Sequence record: OP870147.1
Strand: one strand, 5' to 3'
Source: Escherichia phage vB_Eco_F31
DNA length: 64,000 nucleotides
Below the pieces are notes generated by a model that saw nothing but the letters and a program-made list of their open reading frames with translations, made no database searches and was not told the origin of the DNA. The position numbers were made by a program, and so were the translations under genes. This document shows positions 1-9,504 of the stretch, piece after piece (position 1 is the stretch's first letter; every line of letters starts with the position of its first letter).

Positions 1-224
<224 letters not shown>

Positions 225-225
<1 letters not shown>

Positions 226-461
226 TGGACGATTTAATTCAAGCTATTAAATCAAACGACCTCGTTGCTACTCGAAAGTTTTTTGAAAGTGCAATGGCAG
301 AAAAAGCGGTTCGTTTGATTGAAGCACGCAAAGCAGAAATCGCTTCTCAATTTTTGATTGAAGGCGAAGAACCTGAAGAAGAAAAGAAAGCTAAAGCTTC
401 GGAAGACGACGCTGATGAAGGCGATGACGACGAAGACGAAGATGATGAGGACGATGAATAA
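225..461 (+). CDS. 67: Prohead core protein gp67
   Basis: 78-aa ORF with acidic D/E-rich C-terminus, position between 20 and 68 as in T4. Confidence 0.75.
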
Positions 462-886
462 TGTATCTTATCCCTGAATCTTATGAATTGGTACTCGAAA
501 ATGTCGAAGCACTTATTCCTGAAGCACAGGGCCGAATCGATGCATTGTCTTCTGCTCTCGATATTGACGATATAAATACTATTATCGAGAACATGCTTGA
601 AACTGAAACGGATTTAGCTGTTGCAATGGCTTCCATTATTAATGAAGAACAGTTAAATGAGTTTATCGTTAAACATGTTTCTTCTCGTGGTGAAGTCACC
701 CGCACTAAAGACCGTAAAACTCGTGAACGTAACGCGTTCCAAACCACTGGTCTTTCTAAAGCAAAACGTAGACAAATCGCTCGTAAGGTCGTTAAAGCTA
801 AAAAAGCTAACCCTTCAGGCCAAGTTAAAGGCTTGCGTAAGCGTAAAAAAGCTCTTAAACGTCGTAAAGCATTAGGATTAAGCTAA
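461..886 (+). CDS. 68: Prohead core protein gp68
   Basis: 141-aa ORF, start overlaps gp67 stop (ATAATG), basic C-terminus; T4 synteny and size. Confidence 0.75.
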   Translation: MYLIPESYELVLENVEALIPEAQGRIDALSSALDIDDINTIIENMLETETDLAVAMASIINEEQLNEFIVKHVSSRGEVTRTKDRKTRERNAFQTTGLSKAKRRQIARKVVKAKKANPSGQVKGLRKRKKALKRRKALGLS

Positions 887-1527
887 TGAATAAACCCGAG
901 TTACTTATTGAAACTTGGGGTCAACCCGGTGAGATTATTGATGGCGTTCCAATGTTGGAATCTCATGATGGAAAAGATTCTGGCTTAAAACCAGGGCTTT
1001 ATATAGAAGGTATTTTTCTTCAGGCAGAGGTTGTTAACCGAAATAAACGTTTATATCCTAAACGCGTTTTGGAAAAAGCAGTAAGTGACTATATTAAAGA
1101 ACAAGTCGCAACCAAACAAGCCCTTGGAGAATTAAACCATCCACCTCGTGCAAATGTTGACCCTATGCAAGCCGCTATCATTATTGAAGATATGTGGTGG
1201 AAAGGAAACGATGTATATGGACGTGCTAGAATTATTGAAGGCGACCATGGTCCCGGCGATAAATTAGCTGCTAATATACGAGCTGGTTGGATTCCAGGTG
1301 TTTCCTCTCGTGGTCTTGGTTCTTTAACCGACACCAATAAAGGGTACCGTATCGTGAACGAAGGATTTAAATTAACCGTCGGCGTAGATGCCGTATGGGG
1401 ACCTTCTGCTCCAGATGCTTGGGTTACTCCTAAACAAATATCAGAATCAGAAAATTCGGTGGAAACCACCAAAAACAGTGCTGATGAAGCATTTAAAGCT
1501 CTCGCAGAGAGTTTAAAAGCATTATAA
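886..1527 (+). CDS. 21: Prohead core scaffold protein and protease gp21
   Basis: 213-aa ORF, start overlaps gp68 stop; size and position match T4 gp21. Confidence 0.85.
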   Translation: MNKPELLIETWGQPGEIIDGVPMLESHDGKDSGLKPGLYIEGIFLQAEVVNRNKRLYPKRVLEKAVSDYIKEQVATKQALGELNHPPRANVDPMQAAIIIEDMWWKGNDVYGRARIIEGDHGPGDKLAANIRAGWIPGVSSRGLGSLTDTNKGYRIVNEGFKLTVGVDAVWGPSAPDAWVTPKQISESENSVETTKNSADEAFKALAESLKAL

Positions 1528-1530
1528 ATA
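1523..1530 (+). promoter_or_regulatory. Late promoter TATAAATA (gene 22)
   Basis: Exact TATAAATA 31 nt upstream of the gene 22 ATG. Confidence 0.6.
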
Positions 1531-1560
1531 ATAATGTAATCTAAACCACAGGACACTAAA

Positions 1561-2373
1561 ATGATCAAAGAACAACTTTTGAAAGAAGCTCAGAACATCG
1601 AGACTTCAGTTGCTCTTAATAGTGTTTTCGAATCAGTAGAACTGTCTCCGGACGTTAAAGCTAATTTCAGCACTGTATTCGAAGCCACCGTTAAGCAGGA
1701 AGCAGTCAAACTGGCTGAATCTCATATCAAAGCCATCGCCGAAAAGGCCGAAGAAGAAGTTGAAAAGGCCAAAGAAGATGCTGAAGAGAAAGCTGATAAA
1801 AAATTGGCTGAACAAGCTTCTAAATTCCTAGACCATCTTGCAAAAGAATGGCTCGCAGAAAACCAAATCGCAGTTGATAAAGGCATTAAAGCTGATTTGT
1901 TCGAATCCATGCTTGGTGGTCTGAAAGAACTGTTTGTTGAACATAACGTTGTTGTTCCAGAAGAATCTGTAGATGTTGTAGCAGAAATGGAAGAAGAGCT
2001 GGCCGAACATAAAGAAGAAACCGCTCGTTTGTTCGAAGAAGTTACCAAACGTGATGCATATATCAATTACGTTCAGCGTGAAACCGCTATTAATGAAAGC
2101 GTAAAAGACCTGACTGAATCTCAGAAAGAAAAAGTTATTGGCCTGGTTGAAGGTATGGATTATTCTGACGCATTTGGTACTAAGTTAACTGCTATTGTAG
2201 AAATGGTTAAAGGTTCTACTAAAGAAGAAGCCGCTATTACCGAAAGTATAAATACAGTTGACAATGACGCTGCCGGTCTTAATTTTGTTGCCGAAGCAGT
2301 TGACACTACCACAACTCAGGTAGAACAGAATTCTAATGTAAGTTTATATGCGAAAGTCGCATCTCGTTTCTAA
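1561..2373 (+). CDS. 22: Prohead core scaffold protein gp22
   Basis: 270-aa acidic coiled-coil-like ORF preceded by TATAAATA at 1523-1530; T4 synteny. Confidence 0.85.
   Translation: MIKEQLLKEAQNIETSVALNSVFESVELSPDVKANFSTVFEATVKQEAVKLAESHIKAIAEKAEEEVEKAKEDAEEKADKKLAEQASKFLDHLAKEWLAENQIAVDKGIKADLFESMLGGLKELFVEHNVVVPEESVDVVAEMEEELAEHKEETARLFEEVTKRDAYINYVQRETAINESVKDLTESQKEKVIGLVEGMDYSDAFGTKLTAIVEMVKGSTKEEAAITESINTVDNDAAGLNFVAEAVDTTTTQVEQNSNVSLYAKVASRF
2247..2254 (+). promoter_or_regulatory. Late promoter TATAAATA inside 3' end of gene 22 (gene 23)
   Basis: Exact TATAAATA ~137 nt upstream of the gene 23 ATG. Confidence 0.5.
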
Positions 2374-2390
2374 TTTAAAGGTTAACACAA

Positions 2391-3959
2391 ATGACTACTA
2401 TCAAAACTAAAGCTCAGCTCGTAGACAAATGGAAAGAACTGCTGGAAGGTGAAGGCCTGCCGGAAATCGCTAATAGCAAGCAGGCTATTATCGCTAAAAT
2501 CTTCGAAAACCAGGAAAAAGATTTCGAAGTATCCCCTGAATATAAAGACGAGAAAATCGCTCAGGCATTTGGTTCTTTCTTGACCGAAGCTGAAATTGGT
2601 GGTGACCATGGTTATAATGCTCAGAACATCGCAGCAGGTCAAACCTCTGGTGCAGTAACCCAAATTGGGCCGGCAGTTATGGGTATGGTTCGTCGTGCTA
2701 TTCCTAATCTGATCGCTTTTGATATTTGTGGTGTTCAGCCTATGAACAGCCCTACCGGTCAGGTATTTGCTCTCCGTGCAGTATATGGTAAAGACCCTAT
2801 CGCTGCTGGCGCTAAAGAAGCTTTCCATCCGATGTATGCCCCAGACGCGATGTTCTCTGGTCAGGGTGCTGCTAAGAAATTCCCAGCTCTGGCTGCTGAC
2901 ACTACTACTGTTGTAGGTGATATCTATACTCACTTCTTCCAAGAAACTGGTACTGTATATCTGCAAGCTTCTGCTGTCGTAACACTTGATTCTAGTGCAA
3001 CTGATGCAGCTAAATTAGATGCAGAAGTTAAGAAACAAATGGAAGCTGGTGCACTGGTAGAAATCGCTGAAGGTATGGCTACTTCTATCGCTGAACTCCA
3101 GGAAGGTTTCAACGGTTCTACCGATAACCCATGGAATGAAATGGGCTTCCGTATCGATAAACAAGTTATCGAAGCTAAATCTCGCCAGCTGAAAGCTGCT
3201 TACTCTATCGAATTAGCACAAGACCTCCGTGCAGTACACGGTATGGATGCTGATGCTGAACTGAGCGGTATTCTGGCTACAGAAATTATGCTAGAAATCA
3301 ACCGTGAAGTTGTTGATTGGATTAACTACTCAGCACAGGTTGGTAAATCCGGTATGACCCTGACTCCGGGTTCTAAAGCTGGTGTATTTGACTTCCAGGA
3401 CCCGATTGATATCCGTGGTGCTCGTTGGGCCGGTGAAAGCTTTAAATCTCTGTTGTTCCAGATTGATAAAGAAGCAGTTGAAATTGCTCGTCAAACCGGT
3501 CGTGGTGAAGGTAACTTCATTATCGCTTCCCGTAACGTAGTTAACGTACTGGCTTCAGTTGATACTGGTATTTCTTACGCTGCACAGGGTCTGGCTTCTG
3601 GTTTTAATACCGACACTACTAAGTCTGTATTTGCCGGTGTACTTGGTGGTAAATACCGCGTATACATCGACCAGTATGCTAAACAGGATTACTTCACCGT
3701 TGGTTACAAAGGCGCTAACGAAATGGATGCAGGTATTTACTATGCTCCTTACGTTGCACTTACCCCGCTGCGTGGTTCCGATCCTAAGAACTTCCAGCCG
3801 GTAATGGGCTTTAAAACTCGTTACGGTATCGGTGTTAACCCGTTTGCTGAAAGTTCCCTGCAGGCTCCAGGTGCTCGCATCCAGTCCGGTATGCCATCTA
3901 TCCTGAACAGCCTTGGTAAGAACGCTTACTTCCGCCGTGTATATGTAAAAGGCATCTAA
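2391..3959 (+). CDS. 23: Major capsid protein gp23
   Basis: 522-aa ORF; N-terminus MTTIKTKAQLVDKWKELLEGEGLPEIANSKQAIIAKIFENQEKDF and C-terminus ...GKNAYFRRVYVKGI recognised as near-identical to T4 gp23; followed by UUCG hairpin terminator. Confidence 0.97.
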   Translation: MTTIKTKAQLVDKWKELLEGEGLPEIANSKQAIIAKIFENQEKDFEVSPEYKDEKIAQAFGSFLTEAEIGGDHGYNAQNIAAGQTSGAVTQIGPAVMGMVRRAIPNLIAFDICGVQPMNSPTGQVFALRAVYGKDPIAAGAKEAFHPMYAPDAMFSGQGAAKKFPALAADTTTVVGDIYTHFFQETGTVYLQASAVVTLDSSATDAAKLDAEVKKQMEAGALVEIAEGMATSIAELQEGFNGSTDNPWNEMGFRIDKQVIEAKSRQLKAAYSIELAQDLRAVHGMDADAELSGILATEIMLEINREVVDWINYSAQVGKSGMTLTPGSKAGVFDFQDPIDIRGARWAGESFKSLLFQIDKEAVEIARQTGRGEGNFIIASRNVVNVLASVDTGISYAAQGLASGFNTDTTKSVFAGVLGGKYRVYIDQYAKQDYFTVGYKGANEMDAGIYYAPYVALTPLRGSDPKNFQPVMGFKTRYGIGVNPFAESSLQAPGARIQSGMPSILNSLGKNAYFRRVYVKGI

Positions 3960-3983
3960 TCTTAATTGATTAAATCTTATTTT

Positions 3984-4008
3984 GGGAGACTTCGGTCTCC
4001 CATTTTTG
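3984..4008 (+). terminator. Intrinsic terminator after gene 23 (UUCG tetraloop hairpin + U-tract)
   Basis: GGGAGACttcgGTCTCCCatttttgg. Confidence 0.75.
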
Positions 4009-4011
4009 GTT

Positions 4012-4281
4012 TTATTTCTGTGCAATTTCGATGTAAGTTTTCAAAATATTTTGCCAATTAGGCATACCTTCTTGGACATATGCTGGAGAACCGTCTTTGT
4101 TTTTGAATGATGCAAGTTTATCAGTGGCCCAATAACCTTTAGCTCGAGCTTCAGAATCAACTTTCATCCATACTTTGTTGAAGGCATTACCATTAACTTT
4201 TGCACCATATTTTTCTACTAACTTAACTGCTTCAGCTTCCAGAACTTTTAAAGTATCTCTTAAGAAACGTGCTTTAGTCAT
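4012..4281 (-). CDS. Hypothetical 89-aa protein, antisense to the late capsid genes, in the slot occupied by segD in T4
   Basis: ORF with RBS GAGGAG upstream of ATG and its own early-type promoter at 4312-4341; no recognisable similarity from memory. Confidence 0.5.
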   Translation of the reverse strand: MTKARFLRDTLKVLEAEAVKLVEKYGAKVNGNAFNKVWMKVDSEARAKGYWATDKLASFKNKDGSPAYVQEGMPNWQNILKTYIEIAQK

Positions 4282-4311
4282 TTTGTTTACTCCTCTGTAG
4301 TTGATAAGTCT

Positions 4312-4341
4312 ATAGTATCACATACCAAATACGTTGTAAAC
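4312..4341 (-). promoter_or_regulatory. Early promoter (GTTTAC-N18-TACTAT) for the 4012..4281 gene
   Basis: Minus strand GTTTACaacgtatttggtatgtgaTACTAT; back-to-back with late promoter P24. Confidence 0.5.
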
Positions 4342-4347
4342 AATCTT

Positions 4348-4355
4348 TATAAATA
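4348..4355 (+). promoter_or_regulatory. Late promoter TATAAATA (gene 24)
   Basis: Exact TATAAATA 28 nt upstream of the gene 24 ATG. Confidence 0.6.
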
Positions 4356-4382
4356 ATCTATATCACATAAGGAAAAAATGCA

Positions 4383-5666
4383 ATGAGTAAAATCCAAAAA
4401 TTATTGCGTGAATCTACAACGTCTACTAGCAACTCAATTGGTCGCCCAAATCTCGTTGCTTTGACTCGCGCTACGACTAAATTAATATATTCTGACATTG
4501 TAGCAACACAAAGAACTAATCAACCTGTTGCTGCTTTTTATGGTATCAAATATCTTAACCCAGACAACGAATTCACATTTAAAACCGGTGCTACTTATGC
4601 TGGCGAAGTTGGATATGTAGACCGAGAAAAAATTACTGAACTCACAGAAGAATCAAAAGTCACACTAAATAAAGGTGATTTTTTCAAATATAATAATATC
4701 GTCTATAAAGTGTTAGAAGATACACCATTTGCAGATATTCAAGAAAGTGATCTAGAATTAGCTCTTCAGATTGCAGTCGTTCATTTAAAGGTACGGTTAT
4801 TTTCAGATGCAGCGGTAACAAGCAAATTTGAAAGCTCTGATAGCGAAATTTCTGATGCAAGATTCCAGATTAATAAATGGCAAACTTCAGTCAAATCTCG
4901 CAAACTTAAAACTGGTCTCACGGTTGAATTAGCGCAAGATTTGGAAGCGAATGGATTTGATGCCCCTAACTTCTTAGAGGATTTGCTTGCTACTGAAATG
5001 GCTGATGAAATTAATAAAGATATTCTTCAGTCTTTAATTACTGTATCGAAACGTTATAAAGTTACTGGAATTACTGACACCGGATTTATTGACTTGAGCT
5101 ATGCATCCGCTCCAGAAGCAGGTCGTTCATTATATCGAATGGTGTGTGAAATGGTATCACACATTCAAAAAGAGACAACTTATACTGCAACGTTTTGTGT
5201 AGCCTCAGCTCGTGCAGCTGCTATTCTTGCTGCTTCTGGTTGGTTAAAACATAAGCCAGAAGATGACAAGTATCTTTCACAAAATGCTTATGGATTCTTG
5301 GCAAATGGATTACCTCTTTACTGCGATACCAACAGCCCGTTAGATTATGTTATTGTGGGTGTTGTAGAAAATCTCGGCGAAAAAGAAATTGTAGGGTCCA
5401 TCTTTTATGCTCCATACACTGAAGGAGTAGATTTAGATGACCCAGAACATGTCGGTGCTTTTAAAGTTGTAGTTGATCCAGAAAGCTTGCAACCGTCTAT
5501 CGGATTATTGGTTAGATATGCCTTATCAGCAAATCCTTACACAGTAGCAAAAGATGAAAAAGAAGCGAGAATAATTGATGGCGGGGACATGGATAAAATG
5601 GCAGGACGTTCAGACTTGTCTGTTTTACTCGGTGTTAAGCTACCAAAAATTATCATTGATGAATAA
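4383..5666 (+). CDS. 24: Capsid vertex protein gp24
   Basis: 427-aa ORF, paralog-like relative of gp23, preceded by TATAAATA at 4348-4355, followed by bidirectional hairpin; T4 synteny. Confidence 0.9.
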   Translation: MSKIQKLLRESTTSTSNSIGRPNLVALTRATTKLIYSDIVATQRTNQPVAAFYGIKYLNPDNEFTFKTGATYAGEVGYVDREKITELTEESKVTLNKGDFFKYNNIVYKVLEDTPFADIQESDLELALQIAVVHLKVRLFSDAAVTSKFESSDSEISDARFQINKWQTSVKSRKLKTGLTVELAQDLEANGFDAPNFLEDLLATEMADEINKDILQSLITVSKRYKVTGITDTGFIDLSYASAPEAGRSLYRMVCEMVSHIQKETTYTATFCVASARAAAILAASGWLKHKPEDDKYLSQNAYGFLANGLPLYCDTNSPLDYVIVGVVENLGEKEIVGSIFYAPYTEGVDLDDPEHVGAFKVVVDPESLQPSIGLLVRYALSANPYTVAKDEKEARIIDGGDMDKMAGRSDLSVLLGVKLPKIIIDE

Positions 5667-5696
5667 AAAAAAAAAGGGACCGTAAGGTCCCTTTTT
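5664..5696. terminator. Bidirectional terminator between gene 24 (+) and rnlB (-)
   Basis: aaaaaaaaaaGGGACCgtaaGGTCCCttttt: hairpin flanked by A10 and T5. Confidence 0.75.
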
Positions 5697-5698
5697 CG

Positions 5699-6697
5699 TT
5701 ATGATACTAATTCAATCCATGCAGGACGCAGAACATCTTGCACCATTCGGACTAATTCTTTCTTAACAAGATTCGGATTATCAGATGATGTTAATACAAT
5801 ACCTTCACGAGAAGTTTCTTCCAGAATATCTTGAACAGTCAATCCCATCACTTTGCCAAAATCTTTTGGCGTTACAGTCCCAATCTTAGAAATCACATTA
5901 TTAACACGATTTAATGTAACATAACAAGCTAGAACATCAAGTAAGTTTTTGTCAATTTCGGTTAATGGAACCTGAGTTTTAATAGGCTTATCAGACTTTT
6001 TCTTTTCACTGAATTTAGAGTTCTTGCACTTAATAGCTACACGAGTACCGTTTGGCAGCCATTTAGGGAAACAGGGCTTCAGAACATAACCTTCCGCAGT
6101 ATTATTACCAATAACATTAGCATCAAATACGCAATTATTTGCTTCGACAAGGTCTTCTGACGCAGTAGCATTATAAGCGGCTAAGACAGAATCAAGGTCG
6201 TTTGGAATCATGATAAGAGCATCAAATGTGCCACGACCAAGCATTGGTGCCATTTTAAAACCGAATTCATTACAGAAATCTTGCATTTCATAATCGGTCA
6301 AATACGTATTATCACCACTTTCTGTATTGATAAGGATATCGAACACATAAAAATCTTTTTCACCGTAGTCAACACCTTTCTGGATTCCACCACCGGCGAA
6401 TTCACCGAATACTTGATATGATACGGCTCGAGCTGTGTACATGAATTCCTGAACGGCTTTAATAGCTTTATCATACTTCTTGAGTACGATTTCATAACCA
6501 TAAAAATCTTCTGCTGGAAGAATAGGGCCTGTGCGCTTGGCGCATGTGACGTTGTCACGTTCAATTATTAACGAGAAGTTAGTCCCATGGATTTTCTCAC
6601 GTGCTACCCAAACACCAGTAGTCAAACCATTAGTGTAGAGTTTTTCAATAAACTTAGAGTTGTAGTGGTTTTCAAGACTGCTGTATTTCTTAAACAT
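5699..6697 (-). CDS. rnlB: RNA ligase 2 (Rnl2)
   Basis: 332-aa ORF; [21 protein letters not shown]...[17 protein letters not shown] (nucleotidyltransferase KxHG motif), C-terminus ...[11 protein letters not shown] matches T4 Rnl2 as recalled. Confidence 0.92.
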   Translation of the reverse strand: MFKKYSSLENHYNSKFIEKLYTNGLTTGVWVAREKIHGTNFSLIIERDNVTCAKRTGPILPAEDFYGYEIVLKKYDKAIKAVQEFMYTARAVSYQVFGEFAGGGIQKGVDYGEKDFYVFDILINTESGDNTYLTDYEMQDFCNEFGFKMAPMLGRGTFDALIMIPNDLDSVLAAYNATASEDLVEANNCVFDANVIGNNTAEGYVLKPCFPKWLPNGTRVAIKCKNSKFSEKKKSDKPIKTQVPLTEIDKNLLDVLACYVTLNRVNNVISKIGTVTPKDFGKVMGLTVQDILEETSREGIVLTSSDNPNLVKKELVRMVQDVLRPAWIELVS

Positions 6698-6813
6698 AAA
6701 TCACCATTATAAATAATATCAAAATAATTAGCAGAGACTCTGTCTCCGACCAGATGTTTAATTTGAATGGATAGAACCTAGATTCATTATACCATCAAAA
6801 AATGTAAAGCATA

Positions 6814-7065
6814 TTAGAACTTGATTTCTATCCAATGACCATCACGCTGGTCGTGATTAATTTTATACTGAAAGCCATTATCACGTAACCACTGCCCGAC
6901 TTGCTCAGTGATAGTTAAATCATTCTTTGACGGGTAGTACGTGAATTGTGTCTGGCCTTTATCAGCGGCTTTCTCTGCCATCACAGAGAAGTTAGTAATA
7001 AAATCACTCAACAAATTAGCTTTAGTGGCCAGAGCCCTTTCTCTTAATTCCTGTGCAAAACTCAT
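6814..7065 (-). CDS. Hypothetical protein (T4 24.2 position)
   Basis: 83-aa ORF between rnlB and hoc. Confidence 0.5.
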   Translation of the reverse strand: MSFAQELRERALATKANLLSDFITNFSVMAEKAADKGQTQFTYYPSKNDLTITEQVGQWLRDNGFQYKINHDQRDGHWIEIKF

Positions 7066-7262
7066 TTCTTCACCTTTTTGTTAATCAAACGTTTACGGTA
7101 TACAACTTTTTCTTTTGCTTTAAACTTTGACCGAGCTGTCTCGGCTTTAGTCCATAGTAATCCAACTTCTTTAGGTTGTAAACCGATTTTTTGAGCAATT
7201 TCTACGAATGAAAATCCCGCCTCATGTAATGTATAAACTTCAACTTCAGCTCTCATAATCAA
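7062..7262 (-). CDS. Hypothetical small basic protein, possible helix-turn-helix (T4 24.3 position)
   Basis: 66-aa ORF, stop overlaps next start; segment FSFVEIAQKIGLQPKEV resembles an HTH. Confidence 0.45.
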   Translation of the reverse strand: MIMRAEVEVYTLHEAGFSFVEIAQKIGLQPKEVGLLWTKAETARSKFKAKEKVVYRKRLINKKVKK

Positions 7263-7335
7263 TCCCGTATTATTTGGTTTGTGCCATTATATACATCAAT
7301 CTCAAGATGTGTTTTGTATGCTTTAAAAACGAAGA

Positions 7336-7353
7336 AAGGGGCCGAAGCCCCTT
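7336..7353 (-). terminator. Terminator after hoc
   Basis: Minus strand AAGGGGCuucgGCCCCUU followed by U-rich tract. Confidence 0.6.
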
Positions 7354-7357
7354 ACGA

Positions 7358-8776
7358 TTATGGATATGTATAGATGATACCAGTTTCCAAAGCAGTTTTA
7401 TGGATGATGTATCCATTACGTGATTCTTGAACATCAACTTCTGGATAATCTTTCATCATCTTCTGAAGAGTGTAACGATGCAGGTAGTATTTACTATCTG
7501 GATCTTCAGTTTTCCAATCTTTACCTTCTTCAGTCATTTTTTGGATTTCATCCATAACCCACCATCCGCACCAGATGTAAGCTGAAGTACGATGTGGAAG
7601 AGGATGAACATAAGGTAATTCACCTTCTGGTTCTGGAGCAACTTTATCGGTTACCTGAACTTGACCTTCTGCTGTAATAGTTTTGCTATCGTAATCAGTT
7701 GCAGTAATAGTTGCAGTAACTTCAATAGTTTGACTTCCAATAGATGAGGTATCAACGGTATATACATTAGTTGACCCTTCTACAGGAGAAGAATCTTTCT
7801 TCCATGAATACTCAATTTGCGCTTCTTCTGGAGCATCAGTGACATTAGCGGTAAATGTAGCCGAAGCATCTTGCTGAACGTTAATAGAAGGAGGAGTCAA
7901 TGTAACCCGTGGATTCATTGTCTTCTTATTAACCGTTAATGATACTTCATTCGAAGTAACTTCCTTTGCATCATAATCTGTCGCGGTTACTTGGGCTACA
8001 CACTTAATTCTTTTTACTCCACTTGTAGTCGGAGTATAGCTAAATGTAGAGTTAGTTTCTCCACCAACCTGTGAATCATCTACATACCACTGATACGTAG
8101 CAGACGCTCCAACCGGTTGAGAAGCTAAGGCAGCAGTAAATTGAACTGGGGTTCCAATTACTCCGGCTGAAGGACTATTGGGAGTTACTGCCAACGTAGT
8201 TGTCTGTGTCTTTTTATTAACAGTCAGTGACACTTCATTAGAAGTAACGCTTAGTGCGTCATAATCTGTTGCGGTTACTTGGGCTACACATTTAATTTTT
8301 TTAACTCCGCTTGTGGTAGGAGTGTAATTGAATGTAGCAGAAGTTGCTTCGCCAACAGGAGAATCATCTACATACCATTGATAAGTAGCGTTTGCGCCTG
8401 ATGGCTGCGAAGCTAAAGCGGCGGTAAATTCAATAGCTGTTCCTATTACTCCAGCGTCAGGGCTATTAGGAGTTACAGCTAAGGTAGTCGTTTGTGTCTT
8501 GTTTTGAACTGTGATAGTTGTAGTAGCTTCTGCTGTTTCAGCTTCAGCGTCTGGAACTGTATTTGTTGCAACTACTTTAATAGTCTTTTGACCGGCAGGT
8601 CCTTTTAGTACATAACTAAAAGTTGCTTCAGCTCCATCTTGTGGAACATCATCCACAGACCAAGCATATGTAATAGGTCCATCTCCAGTTTGACCACTGG
8701 GTGTAGCAGTAAACTGCTTAGTCTCATCTATAACTCCAGTAGGTGTTTTAGGAGTTATATCAACTGTAAAAGCCAT
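7358..8776 (-). CDS. hoc: Highly immunogenic outer capsid protein Hoc with an extra tandemly duplicated Ig-like domain
   Basis: 472-aa ORF; N-terminus MAFTVDITPKTPTGVIDETKQFTATPSGQTG and C-terminus ...IIHKTALETGIIYTYP match T4 Hoc; two ~96-aa internal repeats. Confidence 0.85.
   Translation of the reverse strand: MAFTVDITPKTPTGVIDETKQFTATPSGQTGDGPITYAWSVDDVPQDGAEATFSYVLKGPAGQKTIKVVATNTVPDAEAETAEATTTITVQNKTQTTTLAVTPNSPDAGVIGTAIEFTAALASQPSGANATYQWYVDDSPVGEATSATFNYTPTTSGVKKIKCVAQVTATDYDALSVTSNEVSLTVNKKTQTTTLAVTPNSPSAGVIGTPVQFTAALASQPVGASATYQWYVDDSQVGGETNSTFSYTPTTSGVKRIKCVAQVTATDYDAKEVTSNEVSLTVNKKTMNPRVTLTPPSINVQQDASATFTANVTDAPEEAQIEYSWKKDSSPVEGSTNVYTVDTSSIGSQTIEVTATITATDYDSKTITAEGQVQVTDKVAPEPEGELPYVHPLPHRTSAYIWCGWWVMDEIQKMTEEGKDWKTEDPDSKYYLHRYTLQKMMKDYPEVDVQESRNGYIIHKTALETGIIYTYP
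7931..8506 (-). repeat. Tandem in-frame duplication (2 x ~288 bp) encoding two ~85% identical Ig-like domains within hoc
   Basis: aa 91-186 and 187-282 of Hoc both read (N/Q)K(K)TQTTTLAVTPNSP.AGVIGT...ATYQWYVDDS...TSGVK.IKCVAQVTATDYDA..VTSNEVSLTV; DNA near 8215-8250 and 7927-7960 nearly identical. Confidence 0.8.
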
Positions 8777-8785
8777 AACTTATCC

Positions 8786-9454
8786 TTATTTTAATGTTAT
8801 GAAAGAAGAATTACGAGTTTCACGAATTAGAACTGATCCATCGCGATTAATATAATAAATTAAGCTAAATAATGTTTGGTGAGCAGAAGCATGCACAAAA
8901 CTAGTTGGGCGAGATTTCCAATCTGGGGTTTCGGCTATCCATTGATAAATCCACCAAGGAACAGTAACATATCCTGGGCCTTTGCCTAATTTAATGAGTG
9001 TAGGACTAAAATTTTCAGGCAGAACAAATTTTACTTCTTTATTTACCTCTGGTTCAGGCTCTTTTTCGGATTCAACAATCTGAGTAATTGCTTCTTCGAA
9101 TTTATCATGGTCGAATTCTTTTTCTTGTTCGACAACTTCTAATACTTCAACTTGTTCTGTTGGAGAATCAAACAACAGAATAGCTTCTTCTTTAACTTCT
9201 TCGTTGGTGAAATTAACACCGTCCACATCATCTGCGGCAGTAATTAAATCGGTGATAGATAATCCATCAGTTTCAGGTAATGGTTCATCAGCCAGTGCGT
9301 TAAGAGCTTCTTCGATATCAATAACAATATTATCGAATGATTTTGTTTTCTTAACACTAATGCCAAATTGTTCCGCATATTCAAACAGTTTAGCTTTGGC
9401 TTCCTTTTTATCAGAAAGAGCACGTAACTCTTCAATATAGTCTTTATCGATCAT
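8786..9454 (-). CDS. inh: Inhibitor of prohead protease Inh
   Basis: 222-aa ORF between hoc and uvsW as in T4 (T4 Inh ~226 aa); call by synteny and size. Confidence 0.6.
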   Translation of the reverse strand: MIDKDYIEELRALSDKKEAKAKLFEYAEQFGISVKKTKSFDNIVIDIEEALNALADEPLPETDGLSITDLITAADDVDGVNFTNEEVKEEAILLFDSPTEQVEVLEVVEQEKEFDHDKFEEAITQIVESEKEPEPEVNKEVKFVLPENFSPTLIKLGKGPGYVTVPWWIYQWIAETPDWKSRPTSFVHASAHQTLFSLIYYINRDGSVLIRETRNSSFITLK

Positions 9455-9466
9455 GATATTTCCTCA

Positions 9467-9474
9467 TTATAAAT
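9467..9474 (+). promoter_or_regulatory. Late promoter TATAAATA (uvsW)
   Basis: Exact TATAAATA 31 nt upstream of the uvsW ATG. Confidence 0.55.
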
Positions 9475-9504
9475 ATAACTATATTTATTACATGGTAATT
9501 TGAC

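Noticed and set aside
481-747. Antisense and alternative-frame ORFs inside well-supported genes (e.g. 481..747, 1089..1568, 1633..2066, 2382..2966, 3555..4025, 20283..20525, 21333..21650, 42660..43339, 45068..45455, 46648..46915, 52650..52935)
   Set aside because: Each lies wholly within a larger ORF with clear T4 homology on the other strand or frame, and has no RBS or promoter of its own; these are shadow ORFs.
6708-6715. TATAAATA on the plus strand upstream of rnlB
   Set aside because: No plus-strand gene follows; probably a chance occurrence in AT-rich sequence, at most an antisense late promoter. Not called.
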